Origin: an uncultured bacterium
GTDB taxonomy: Bacteria > Chloroflexota > UBA5177 > JANWHV01
Direction: 5' to 3'
Length of the DNA: 64,000 bases
NCBI GenBank assembly: GCA_963827235.1
Contig: CAWHAE010000014.1
Location: forward strand, 224,001-288,000
The notes under the pieces are model-generated. The model saw only the letters and a program-made list of their open reading frames with translations. It was not told where the DNA came from and did no database searches. The number at the start of each line of letters is the position of its first letter. The first letter of the stretch is position 1. The translations under genes were made by a program, and so were the position numbers. This document shows positions 1-9,782 of the stretch, piece after piece.

Positions 1-2
1 TC

Positions 3-638
3 AACAAAGCCAAGTTCGCCGACCGGTTCACCACCGCGCAGAGCGTGGCCGAGATCGCTGGCCGGATGATCAGCGAGATTCGTGGCGGCGATGGGGCCGT
101 TCGCGCGGGCATGATCAAGGCGGCCAGCAGCCTGGACGGGGCGGGAGAGAATGAGCTCAAGGTCTTTGAGGCGGCGGCTGCAGCGCACGGGGAGACAGGA
201 GCGCCGATCAGCACACATACGGAGAAGGGCACGTGGGCGCTCGAGCAGGTGGCACTCCTTACGTCGCGCGGCGTGGCACCGAGCAGCATACTCGTAGGCC
301 ACCTCGACTTCAGAGCCGATCTGAGCAGCGTCGTCGAGGTCGCGAAGTCCGGCGTGTTCGTCGGCCTGGACCAGTTCGGCAAGGACAAGTACTTGCCTGA
401 CGCGGAGCGGGTTCGCTTCGTGCTCGGTCTGGTCGACGCCGGCTATCTGCACCAGATCGTGATCTCCGGCGACATGGCCAGGCGATCGTCCCTGCGCGCC
501 TACGGCGGCGGGCCCGGTTTCACGCATATACCGATACGAGTGCGAAGCATGCTGATCGAGGCCGGTCTCAGCACGGTCGACGTGGAGCAGATACTGCTGC
601 ACAATCCCTCGCGGTTCCTGGCATTCGATCCCGCCTGA
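3..638 (+). CDS. Phosphotriesterase-family amidohydrolase (5' end outside window)
   Basis: Frame open from the window edge; PTE-like motifs GMIKAA, ISTHTE, VGHLD, ISGD, NPSRFL. Confidence 0.85.
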   Translation, partial: NKAKFADRFTTAQSVAEIAGRMISEIRGGDGAVRAGMIKAASSLDGAGENELKVFEAAAAAHGETGAPISTHTEKGTWALEQVALLTSRGVAPSSILVGHLDFRADLSSVVEVAKSGVFVGLDQFGKDKYLPDAERVRFVLGLVDAGYLHQIVISGDMARRSSLRAYGGGPGFTHIPIRVRSMLIEAGLSTVDVEQILLHNPSRFLAFDPA

Positions 639-707
639 GACGCCGAGCAGATGCGAGAGCCGGCCTTCCGCGACGAAAGGACTCCCCCGACTGTCCGCCA
701 ACACCGG

Positions 708-736
708 TTGACGCCAACTGAACTGCCAAGTAGGAT
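708..736 (+). promoter_or_regulatory. Sigma70-type promoter TTGACG-N17-TAGGAT
   Basis: -35 at 708-713, -10 at 731-736, 17-bp spacer; no convincing CDS downstream. Confidence 0.7.
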
Positions 737-742
737 GGTCGC

Positions 743-1117
743 ATAGTGCAGGTATCCGGAGGCTGACAGCCTCCCAGCCAGCGCCTAGAATGGAGACTTC
801 CTATGTACGCACGCGGGAAGCCACATCTGTTCTTCGGAGTCTTGCAGATCGATTGATGCCGGCCCGGCCTTCCTGTGGATTACGCGACAGTTGGTCCGTA
901 GGATTGCCGGAATAGGAGGGGGTATTCGCTCGTCGCCACCCCGCAGGCCATCCGCCCGCGCACTACTTGGGTCCTCGAGATCGGCATCATTCGAGGAACG
1001 AATGCGGCGGAGCCGTTTCGAGCCGACGGATGGCATTCCAGGCGGATGCCGAAGGTAGGAACTGCTCGTCTTGGATACGACCGAGAGGGGAGGGCGGCGG
1101 AAGCGCCCTCCCCTCTC
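743..1117 (+). ncRNA. Candidate large structured non-coding RNA of unknown class
   Basis: Promoter upstream and hairpin downstream; ends pair (GTATCC 752-757/GGATAC 1073-1078); long-range helix 850-861/982-993; hairpins with G-U pairs; cUUCGg loop at 832-837; possible pseudoknot 947-954/1027-1034. Confidence 0.55.
1083..1117 (+). terminator. 14-bp perfect GC-rich hairpin, likely 3' end of the upstream transcript
   Basis: GAGAGGGGAGGGCG-gcggaag-CGCCCTCCCCTCTC; only a weak T tract follows. Confidence 0.65.
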
Positions 1118-1431
1118 TGCGTCTGCTTCATTCCCTCGCGCCCGGCGTCAGCGCGACGACTACCTGGTGCCACGCTCCAGCCCAGCAACCGCGTACACTG
1201 GTAGAGCCTGCTTGCGCACGCGCCGACGCAGTGTGGCACCTGGCAGCCTGCGCCACGGCGAGCCCCACCGTTACTGCGCGGCCTGCTAGCGTGCCATATA
1301 TGCGCACAGCCGGCCGATAAGAGGTCAACAAAACGTCTTTGCGGAGGTAGACCGGCCTGCGGCCACGGACGCCTGGCAGCACCGGGGCGACAATGGTCGC
1401 AGGAGACGTGAGCTTGTGTTGTCGGCTGCTA

Positions 1432-1605
1432 CTAGTACCCCGATGGTGTCTTGCATCCAAACGTCGACACCAACTGGTGACTCTTACGCTCTCCACACTT
1501 TGGGCACGGCGGCGGCTCCTCCTTGAGCTTCTGATACTCGGCAATCGGCATGGTGACCTGAAATCGTTCACCGCACGCTTGGCACTCGAACTCATACGCG
1601 GCCAT
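1432..1605 (-). CDS. FmdB-family zinc-ribbon small protein
   Basis: MAAYEFECQACGERF...CPKCG...QLVSTF; two CxxC pairs; AAGGGGAAGG RBS upstream. Confidence 0.85.
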   Translation of the reverse strand: MAAYEFECQACGERFQVTMPIAEYQKLKEEPPPCPKCGERKSHQLVSTFGCKTPSGY

Positions 1606-2178
1606 TTGCCTTCCCCTTGACACTACACCGGTTCGTCGTCCGATGGAGCGGCCGACGTTCCACCTATCGACCCAGTGGGCGTTCCCCTTTCCGGGCGATT
1701 CCCATCGCCACGCTGCCTCCGTTCATCACCTCTACCAAGCGTACACCCGGAGCAATCTGACCACCAGCGTTTGTCGGCCTTCCCGCAAGCGTTGCCCAGA
1801 CCCACGCCACCTCCGCTCGACAGTGGTGCGCCACGGAGCCCATAAGCGGATCGCGTGTCTGCCGGGAGCGGCCACGTCGTTTGTCGTTCCCGTAACGCGC
1901 AGGAGCCCCCCACCGGTGGAGGCATACCGAGTGCGCCTGGCGGTGCCGGACACGAAGCGCTGTGCGACATTGCCCCGATTGGCTCCCCCGTGCTGGTGAT
2001 GGTACAAGCGGCGCTCAGGCCCTATTATGGTCTCGTGCCCGGACCGGCCTCGGGCAGATGCTGCCGGAATACTTCTGACCCGCATGCTCGGCTACACAGG
2101 GCCTGTACTCTCACGCGGGAACTCGTGGAGCGGCGGTCTCGTTCACAAGCACGCCACGCGGAATTGAGAGGATGGCCG

Positions 2179-2982
2179 ATGACCAAGGGACACGCGTTAA
2201 TAGCACTTGCGCTGGTCGGGAGCACGATCTTGTCGTCGGGCGGCGCGTACGCCGCTCGCGGTACTGGCAAGAGTCCTGAGAATGGCAGAGCGACGCCGAG
2301 GAGTGGCGCCATAAAGGGCTTTGGTCCCACCGTGAGCCTGGCACCATTCCGTGCCGGGCAGGAGACAGGTGTGGTGGTCGCACCCACGCAGACCGGCTGG
2401 ACGATGAGCCTGCCGCAGGCTCTGCCCCTTTCAGTCACAGTGGTCAGCACGACGACCGTGGTAGAAGCGGGCGGCCAGGTCACCGCGGCGTCCGTGCAAC
2501 CGGGACTCTGGGTAAACGTCGCCGGTTCTTACGACCGCACGTCGCAGAGCTTCGTCGCCCGGCGGGTAACCGTGTTGCTACCGCGCGTCGACGGCATCGT
2601 GCAAACCGGCGGCACCAGCCAGTTGACGGTTCTGACCAATCGCGGCAGCACAATCGCGGTCAATGCCACCCAGTCTACGAAGTGGCTGCGCACCGTGGCC
2701 TTGCGAAGGATGATGCGACGTGCCGGACCTCGGGCAGGCACCACGCCGATCAGCGGCACTGTCACGTTGAGCGGGACAACTTCCCTGAGCGGTACGACCT
2801 CAATCAGCGGCACAGTCACTCAGCCGCCGGCGGCTGCGGCCGGAGCGGCAGCCGGCGAGAGAGTGCTCGTCGAAGGCACCATCGATGCGAGCGGCATCTC
2901 GATGACCGCGTTGCGGATCCTGGTGGGCGTCCCCGCCGGGCCAGCCGCGATGTTCCCGGACGACGCTGGGAGTCATGGTTAG
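2179..2982 (+). CDS. Secreted DUF5666-like (repeated beta-barrel) protein
   Basis: Signal peptide MTKGHALIALALVGST...AYA; two repeats ending in V.V.G...F/M.A.R(V/I); GAGAGGA RBS. Confidence 0.6.
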   Translation: MTKGHALIALALVGSTILSSGGAYAARGTGKSPENGRATPRSGAIKGFGPTVSLAPFRAGQETGVVVAPTQTGWTMSLPQALPLSVTVVSTTTVVEAGGQVTAASVQPGLWVNVAGSYDRTSQSFVARRVTVLLPRVDGIVQTGGTSQLTVLTNRGSTIAVNATQSTKWLRTVALRRMMRRAGPRAGTTPISGTVTLSGTTSLSGTTSISGTVTQPPAAAAGAAAGERVLVEGTIDASGISMTALRILVGVPAGPAAMFPDDAGSHG

Positions 2983-3070
2983 CAGATAGTCCGAACGCCA
3001 GACCTGCCTGCCGTTGAGACGACACGCGCGGGCTCCGGAGCGGTTCGCGGAGAAGCGCCGGGCTGACTGA

Positions 3071-3111
3071 GACGGGGCGCAGCCTGCAACCACGGCAGGC
3101 TGCGCCCCGTC
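3071..3111 (+). terminator. 17-bp perfect hairpin downstream of the DUF5666-like gene
   Basis: GACGGGGCGCAGCCTGC-N7-GCAGGCTGCGCCCCGTC. Confidence 0.65.
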
Positions 3112-3123
3112 CAATTGTCTCCG

Positions 3124-3166
3124 TGCTATACTGAGTTGCGGAGATAGTTCTGTTACAGACAGATAT
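3124..3166 (+). promoter_or_regulatory. Extended -10 promoter and likely MarR operator
   Basis: TGcTATACT at 3124-3132; palindrome TCTGT-T-ACAGA at 3149-3159 just upstream of the marR gene. Confidence 0.5.
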
Positions 3167-3177
3167 ACCAATCAGGG

Positions 3178-3666
3178 GTGGGCGTGCCGGCTTCAACCGA
3201 GATCAGAACTCAGGCTGCGTCCTCCGTTGGGCCGGAGCTGGCAGGGGCGGTTAGCCGCCTGCATCGTGCGCTCCGACGGCGCGTACGCGAGTCGATGAGC
3301 GGACCCGTGCTGCCCCAGTCACAGGTGGAGATTCTGCGGCTGTTGCTTCGCCGGCCGGGGTTGCGAGCCAGAGAGATAGCCGAGGAGCTCGGCCTGGCAT
3401 CCAACACAGTGAGCACGCTGCTTCATCAGTTGGCGGCCAGGGGCTACCTGGAGCGAGAGGTCGACAACCATGACCGCCGGTCGGCGCGCATCACCATCGC
3501 TCCGGCGGCCGTCGACCGTCTGAACACGTGGAGCGATATGCGGTCCGCTCTCCTGACAGCTGCACTGACGACGCTGGATGCCGCCGACTACGAGCGGATG
3601 GTTGCCTGTCTGCCGGCACTCGAGCGGCTTGCAGGCCTGCTGGAAAGTACATCCGATGTCGACTGA
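3178..3666 (+). CDS. MarR-family transcriptional regulator
   Basis: wHTH: EIAEELGLASNTVSTLLHQL...DRRSARI. Confidence 0.9.
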   Translation: MGVPASTEIRTQAASSVGPELAGAVSRLHRALRRRVRESMSGPVLPQSQVEILRLLLRRPGLRAREIAEELGLASNTVSTLLHQLAARGYLEREVDNHDRRSARITIAPAAVDRLNTWSDMRSALLTAALTTLDAADYERMVACLPALERLAGLLESTSDVD

Positions 3667-4462
3667 AATGCCCGCCATTTACTGCCGGGACCTGGAGATG
3701 ACCTTCGGCACGACTCGCGCGCTCGACGGGGCAAGCTTCACCGTCTGGCCGGGCGAGGCCTTCGGGCTGCTTGGACCAAACGGCGCCGGCAAGACGACGA
3801 CGATCCGCATCCTGGCCACTCTGCTGCCTCCGGATGGAGGACAGGCGGTGGTCTTCGGCAACGACGTGAGGAAGCATGCCATGGTGGTACGGCGCCTGCT
3901 TGGCTACGTGCCCCAACAGTTGTCTGCGGACTCGTCGCTCACCGGCTTCGAGAACGTGTGGCTTTTCGCCAGGCTCTATGATGTTCCGCGCCGGGAGCGC
4001 AGAGAGCGAATCGAGGAGGTCCTGAACAGCATGGGCCTCGAGGAAGCGGCAGACCGCCTAGTGTCAACCTATTCGGGCGGTATGGTCCGCCGTCTTGAGC
4101 TGGCGCAGGCCCTCGTGAACCGTCCGCGCATACTGATCCTCGACGAGCCTACGGTGGGACTCGATCCCATAGCTCGCTCCGGGGTCTGGGAGCGAGTGCA
4201 GAGCCTGAGGTCAGAGCTCGGCACGACGGTGCTCCTGACCACGCACTACATGGAGGAAGCGGACGCCCTGTGCGATCGCGTGGCCATGATGCATCGAGGT
4301 AGCGTGCGCGCGCTGGGCACACCGTCTGAGCTGAAGGCGTCACTGCACCCCGGGGCCAGCCTCGATGAGGTGTTCAGACACTATACGGGCGATGTCCTAG
4401 ACGATCAGGGGAGTTTTAGAGATGTTCGCAGCGCACGCCGCACCGCACGCCGCCTCGGCTAA
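3656..4462 (+). CDS. ABC transporter ATP-binding protein (DrrA-like exporter)
   Basis: GPNGAGKT, YSGGM, ILDEPT, TTHYMEEA. Confidence 0.93.
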   Translation: MSTEMPAIYCRDLEMTFGTTRALDGASFTVWPGEAFGLLGPNGAGKTTTIRILATLLPPDGGQAVVFGNDVRKHAMVVRRLLGYVPQQLSADSSLTGFENVWLFARLYDVPRRERRERIEEVLNSMGLEEAADRLVSTYSGGMVRRLELAQALVNRPRILILDEPTVGLDPIARSGVWERVQSLRSELGTTVLLTTHYMEEADALCDRVAMMHRGSVRALGTPSELKASLHPGASLDEVFRHYTGDVLDDQGSFRDVRSARRTARRLG

Positions 4463-5246
4463 TCCCGCCCACGACGTGCCTGCCTGGCGGGTACTTGTCA
4501 GCCGAATCGCCACGCTCTGCCTGGTCGAGCTCTTCAAGATCCGCCATGACCGCACGGAGATCTATACCCGCGCTATCCAGCCGACCCTGTGGCTCCTGAT
4601 CTACGGCGAAACATTCAACAAGCTGCGCGCCATTCCCACAGGCAATCTACCCTACCTGGCATACCTCGCACCGGGCATCATGGCGCAGTCGGCGCTCTTC
4701 ATTGCCATTTTCTACGGCATCCAGATCATATGGGAGCGCGACGCGGGAGTGCTCACCAAGCTGATGGTCACGCCTACGCCGCGTACAGCCCTAGTGGCCG
4801 GTAAGGCCTTTGCCTCCGGCGTGCGGGCCATGAGCCAGGTGTTGATCGTGCTGCTGCTGAGCGCAGTTATGCGCATCGACCTCAACTGGAATCCGCTCCA
4901 CCTGGCTGCCGCGTTCCTGCTTGTGGTAATCGGCTCCGCCTTCTTCTCGATGCTCTCCGTTTCGCTGGCCGGATTGGTGCTCAAGCGTGACCGCCTGATG
5001 GGAATCGGTCAAGCGATCACCATGCCGTTGTTCTTTGCCTCCAACGCACTCTACCCGACGCACTTGATGCCCGCATGGTTGCAGGTCATTAGCAAAGTCA
5101 ATCCGTTGAGCTACGAGGTCGACGGACTCCGAGGAGTCTTGCTGAACACCTCCAGCAACATCCTGCTTGACTTTGCCGTGCTCCTGGTCGCTCTCGTGGC
5201 CGGCGTTATCGCGGCGTCGGCACTTCTGCCGCGCCTGGCCCGCTGA
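4422..5246 (+). CDS. ABC-2 type permease
   Basis: About six TM segments; YLAPGI, ERDAG, NPLSY motifs; overlaps the ATPase gene. Confidence 0.92.
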   Translation: MFAAHAAPHAASANPAHDVPAWRVLVSRIATLCLVELFKIRHDRTEIYTRAIQPTLWLLIYGETFNKLRAIPTGNLPYLAYLAPGIMAQSALFIAIFYGIQIIWERDAGVLTKLMVTPTPRTALVAGKAFASGVRAMSQVLIVLLLSAVMRIDLNWNPLHLAAAFLLVVIGSAFFSMLSVSLAGLVLKRDRLMGIGQAITMPLFFASNALYPTHLMPAWLQVISKVNPLSYEVDGLRGVLLNTSSNILLDFAVLLVALVAGVIAASALLPRLAR

Positions 5247-5485
5247 TCCCCGCGAGCAGACGAAATACGGCATCTGCAGCCTTGTCGCCGGCCATGCCCA
5301 CGGTTCGCTGCACTCTGCACGAGCGCCCTTCCCCAGCGCGGTGCGCGGCCGTGATCTCTACGCGGCGCCTTCGGCGAACTCGCCGGATCGGTGCTTGATC
5401 ACGTTTTGCGCCGACGTGGTACCCTCGATGCACTGGGTTGCGCCGGCACAGTGCGGGTGCGCCCAATGTAGGAAAGCAGCAGGCA

Positions 5486-5704
5486 ATGGCGCAAGGTACA
5501 ATCGCTCGGCTCACCGACCGGGGATTTGGGTTCATCGATCAGGGCAACGGACAGGATGTATTCTTCCATAGCACGGCACTGGTCGGCGTAGCGTTCGAGA
5601 GCCTCAGGAAGGGCGATCACGTGGAGTTCGACCGCGAGCGCGATCCACGCGGACGCGGCGACCGGGCGGTCAACGTGAGGCGAATCGACGCCACGCAGGA
5701 TTAG
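5486..5704 (+). CDS. Cold-shock domain protein
   Basis: RGFGFI (RNP1), DVFFH (RNP2), RAVNVR. Confidence 0.93.
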   Translation: MAQGTIARLTDRGFGFIDQGNGQDVFFHSTALVGVAFESLRKGDHVEFDRERDPRGRGDRAVNVRRIDATQD

Positions 5705-5873
5705 TGTCCTACTGTCGGCTGCTCTGCCGGGCCCATTGGGCGCGCCGGAGCCTCCCGGTAGTGCCGGCGTGACGCGGCGCGGCGCGCGAACGAGAGAACA
5801 TCGCGGTTTGTGCCTTTTCCTCGTCGCAGCCCTGCCGCTTCCGCCATCGGTCGGACAGCGCCCCATACCTGTC

Positions 5874-5916
5874 AAACTCGAGGACGGCGCGCATTCTGCG
5901 CGCCGTCCTCGAGTTT
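5874..5916. terminator. Bidirectional terminator between convergent csp and ABC ATPase genes
   Basis: 20-bp perfect inverted repeat AAACTCGAGGACGGCGCGCA-ttc-TGCGCGCCGTCCTCGAGTTT. Confidence 0.8.
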
Positions 5917-5952
5917 AGTGGTCGTGCTAGCCCCGTCTCCGCGAAGGCAGGC

Positions 5953-6750
5953 TCAGCCGCCTCCCGCCATACTGAAATCGGTCGCAGCCACGGCGCCCGT
6001 CATCAGGCTGACTGCCTGGTCCATGGTGTCGGTCGGGTAGAGCGTGCCGACCCGCCGGCCGTGACGCAGCACGACAATCCGGTCGGCCACCGCCCACACG
6101 TGCGGCATGTTGTGGCTGATGAAGATGACCGCCACGCCTTGGTCGCGAATTCGCTTCAACAGCTCGAGCACGACGCCGGCTTGAGCAACGCCCAAGGCCG
6201 CGGTCGGCTCGTCCAGGATCACGATATCCTTGCCCCAGAGCACGGCGCGCGCCACGGCGACAGACTGACGTTGGCCGCCCGAGAGAGTCTCCACCGTCTG
6301 CCGGATCGACTTCACGTTGACGCGAAGTTCCTTGAGGTGCCTGCTGGCGTCCTCACGCATCAGGCGCTGGTTGTAGACATCCAGCAGGCCGAGAAGGCCA
6401 CGGTACTTGATCTCGCGTCCCAGGTAGAGATTCGCCGCGACGTCCAAATCCGGTGCCAGGGCCAGATCCTGGTATACGGTCTCGATACCCGCGTTTCTGG
6501 CCTCGCGCGGTGAGTGGAAGCTGACCTCGCGCCCGTGCACCTTGATCACACCGGAGTCAGGTCGCAGCACACCGGCAAGTACCTTGATCAGCGTGGACTT
6601 CCCCGCACCGTTGTCGCCTATGAGCGCCGCGATTTCGCCGGGGTACACTTCGTAGTCGGCGCCTTCCAGCGCCACCACGTTGCCGAAGTGCTTTGAGATG
6701 CCGCGCGCCTCCACCGCGGCAGTGCGGCTCTCCGTCGGGGCAGCGACCAT
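5953..6750 (-). CDS. Monosaccharide ABC transporter ATP-binding protein (single domain)
   Basis: GDNGAGKST, VYQDLAL, LSGGQRQ, DEPTAALG. Confidence 0.92.
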   Translation of the reverse strand: MVAAPTESRTAAVEARGISKHFGNVVALEGADYEVYPGEIAALIGDNGAGKSTLIKVLAGVLRPDSGVIKVHGREVSFHSPREARNAGIETVYQDLALAPDLDVAANLYLGREIKYRGLLGLLDVYNQRLMREDASRHLKELRVNVKSIRQTVETLSGGQRQSVAVARAVLWGKDIVILDEPTAALGVAQAGVVLELLKRIRDQGVAVIFISHNMPHVWAVADRIVVLRHGRRVGTLYPTDTMDQAVSLMTGAVAATDFSMAGGG

Positions 6751-6974
6751 CTGATTCCCCCCTCTAAGCGGACCTGCTGCGCAGCGCCCGCTTCTCACCG
6801 GGCGTTCGGCACCCGGGCCCAATACTGCGCCACATGCCCGAAGCCTTGGGCCGGCCCGTGAGTGCGGTGCGACGCCGTGCGAAGCTCACGTCTTGCCTTA
6901 TGATAGTTCGGAGACCGTTCATGGCGCCACTCGCCCAAGTTGCCTACGACGCCGTAGTGCATCGCCACCAACGC

Positions 6975-6987
6975 GAAAGCGCTTACC
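6975..6987. promoter_or_regulatory. LacI-family operator-like site
   Basis: GAAAGCGCTTACC, CG-centred palindrome in the divergent intergenic region. Confidence 0.55.
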
Positions 6988-7137
6988 AGTGATGACCAGT
7001 GCGATAATATCCGCGCGCCCGTGGGCCTGTCAAGGCCGAGTTCGCCAACCCGGTCATATCGCGCACGGCAGGCTGCGAAGTCGGGCGAAGGCCGGCCAAA
7101 TCGCACTCGACCCGCCACGGACCGGCTTGAGAATCGC

Positions 7138-7187
7138 TTGACGGCGACAAAGTGATGTGATAATGTACAGTCCGGAAAACGCTTACC
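7138..7187 (+). promoter_or_regulatory. Promoter of the sugar ABC operon with LacI-type operator near the start site
   Basis: TTGACG 7138-7143; TGtGATAAT/TAATGT -10 around 7156-7166; GGAAAACGCTTACC at 7174-7187. Confidence 0.6.
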
Positions 7188-7435
7188 CCGCAGAGGAGTG
7201 TGAAGCGGTTTCGATCGGCCGCCAGAGGCGCCGAAGATGCCTGCGCCTCCCACTAACCAGAGAGGAGGTGACCGTTCCTCGGACAGGTGAAGCAGGGCAA
7301 GCGATGACCTAACGGGTCATCTCGGTTATCCGTCTGGCGACGACCGTGGAATTGGGTGATGCGCCGGGGACCGTGATGCCTGGTGGCAGGTCTCAGGTCG
7401 CCTGCAGTTCTCATAGATGCACTTGGAGGCTACAC

Positions 7436-8501
7436 ATGACTATGGAACGACGTGAACTCTTGAAGCGAGCCGCGGTGTCTCGGCACTGGCGCTGCCATGG
7501 CTGGCACCGGTGCCTCGCTGCTCCGGCCACAGTTCCTTGCCGAAGCCGCCGTGCTGGGCAAACCCCTCAGCAAGATCCGCTTTGAACTCATCGTCAAAAC
7601 CGTGGCCTCGCCTTATTGGTCCATCGTCATCGCGGCCGGCAAGAAAGCGGCCGCGGACCTTGGTGTTACTGGCCTGGCGTACACGGGCGGTCCGTCGGAA
7701 GCGGATATCGCGGCCGAGGTCACGCTGCTTGAGAACGCCATCGTCAAGAAACCCGACTTTATTATCTGCGCACCTACCGACAAGACTGCCCTGAACACCT
7801 CGCTTGACAAGGCCTACAATGGCGGCATTCCGGTCATCCTGATCGATTCCGATGCACCGGCGGCCAGCCGCACCGTATTCCTGGCTACCGACAACTTCGT
7901 AGCCGGCGGCAAGTGCGCGGACGCACTGGCCGCGGCAATCAAGGCCAAGACGGGCTCGGCGTCGGGACCGATCGGCTACACGACGTTCCAATCAAACGTG
8001 GGCTCGCTCAGCGAGCGCGACAACGGCTTCCTGGCCGGCCTCAAGAAGTATCCGGGACTCAAGGTTGTAGCGCACAAGGATGCCGCCGGTGATCCGAGCT
8101 ACCTCAAGGAAGCTACCGTCTTCGCCGACGCGCTGACCGCGAACCCCAACCTGGTGGGCTGGTTCGGCGACAACCTGCAGGGCGTCGAGGGCGCGGCGAA
8201 TGCTGCCAAGGAAAAGCACGTGAACATGAAGAAGTTCTCGCTGGTTGGCTTTGACAGCGACACCAACCTGATCAACTACCTGAAGACCGGCGGCGTCGAC
8301 GGCCTGCTGCTGCAGGATCCCTACATGATGGGCTACGGCGGCGTGTGGTATGGCGTCATGGCTGCCATCGGCATCAAGATGCCGCTGCTCCTCGACACCG
8401 GCTCCACCGTTGCCACGCCCGCCACGGCGAGCAGCGCCGTTGATCGAGGGCATGCTGGATCCCGACTGGCAAGCCGGGCCGCGGCCTCGGCCTCTATGTA
8501 G
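7436..8501 (+). CDS. Sugar ABC substrate-binding protein (RbsB-like) with Tat signal; frameshifted near 7480 and possibly near the C-terminus
   Basis: MTMERRELLKRAA in one frame joins the periplasmic-binding fold (ATDNFVAG, VGFD, QDPYMMGY) in another. Confidence 0.85.
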
Positions 8502-8531
8502 TACACTCGATGGCATAGCGAGCTTGTATCA

Positions 8532-8586
8532 GCAAGAGTGGCCACCGCCTGCGCGCGTTCCGCGGCAGCGTGGTGGCCACTCTTGC
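8532..8586 (+). terminator. Stem-loop after the substrate-binding gene (partial terminator or mRNA stabiliser)
   Basis: 15-bp perfect repeat GCAAGAGTGGCCACC/GGTGGCCACTCTTGC. Confidence 0.7.
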
Positions 8587-8611
8587 CTTGCTCGTCTGAG
8601 GAGTGATGTTG

Positions 8612-9693
8612 ATGGCTGACTCACCAGGACCTACCGGACCTGCTTCCCAGCCGGTCGCCGGAGTGACGTCGCGCGGCCGCACCAGTTTCTCCGCCTGGCT
8701 GGCTGCACGAATCGACCTGGTACTCCGCCTTGGCCTCTTCCTGATCATCGTGATCGAGGCGGTCGTCTTCACCATCAAGACCATCCCGAGCGGGAGTATC
8801 TCCGATATCGGAACCTCCACATTCATCAGCGTCGGCAACCTGCAGGACATCGGCAGGCAGATGGCAGTGATCGGGGTCCTTGCGCTCGGCGAGACTTTCG
8901 TGATCATCACCGCCGGTATCGACCTCTCGGTGGGCTCCACGATCGGCATCACTGGGGTGATCTGCGGCGAGGCGATGACCAACGGCTGGCCCGCAGCCCT
9001 GGTGATAGTGATGGTCCTCCTCTTTGGCGTCGGCATCGGCCTGGTCAACGGCACTCTGGTGGGCGTGGCCAAGGTTCCCCCGTTTATCGTCACCCTGGGC
9101 ATGTTGGGCATCCTGCGCGGCGCAGCCTACCTGGTGACGGGAGGCATCAACCTGGCGCTCTCTCCCACCGGCGCGCCGACGCCGTTCACGGACTGGGTCG
9201 AGACCACGAATCTGGGCGTGCCAAACATCTTCGCCGTGCTGCGTCGTGCTGGGCATCGTCGCCGCCTGTTTCTTGCGCTACACGCGCCGCGGCCGCTATA
9301 TCTACGCCCTGGGCAGCAACCCCGAATCGGCACAGGCGAGCCGGCGTCAATGTGATCGCCACGATCCTGACCGTCTACGTGCTCAGCGCCGTGTTGGCGG
9401 CTGCGGCCGGCTTGCTGCTTACCGGCAGGCTGGGCACCGCCAATCCCAATGCGGGCTTGAGCTACGAGCTCGACGCCATATCCGCCTGCGTGCTTGGCGG
9501 CGCCAGCCTGTTCGGCGCGCGCGGCGGCATTGTCGGCACGTTCCTGGGCGTGGTGCTGGTGAACACACTGGCCAACGGCATCGACCTGATCGGTATCGAT
9601 CCGCACATGCAGCAGGTGATCGAAGGCGCTTTGCTGATCATGATCGTATGGCTGGACCAGTGGCGAAAGCAGCGCGTCGTCCTCGGGGAGTAG
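8612..9693 (+). CDS. Sugar ABC permease (RbsC-like), frameshifted around 9240-9350
   Basis: GIDLSVGS, PPFIVTLG, GRYIYALGSN, YELDAISACVLGGASLFG spread over three frames. Confidence 0.85.
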
Positions 9694-9782
9694 GCGGCTG
9701 CTCCGGGGAGCGAGAGCACGCTGCTGTGCGTTCGCTGGTACAGCCTGCGATCGTTCGCCGCTGTTGCGGCAGGGTGGGGACC

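Noticed and set aside
743-1082. Identification as RNase P RNA, tmRNA, SRP RNA or cobalamin riboswitch
   Set aside because: No GAGGAAAGTCC, no tRNA-like ends, no SRP GGAAGG/AGCAG loop, no complete B12 box, and no downstream co-oriented gene
785-1420. Short overlapping ORFs on both strands, including 17-aa and 41-aa plus-strand ORFs
   Set aside because: No recognisable motifs, Arg/Pro/Ala-rich shadow composition, weak or absent RBS; the tiny ORFs cannot be fully excluded
1855-2178. N-terminal extension of the 375-aa ORF
   Set aside because: Signal peptide and RBS indicate the start is at 2179
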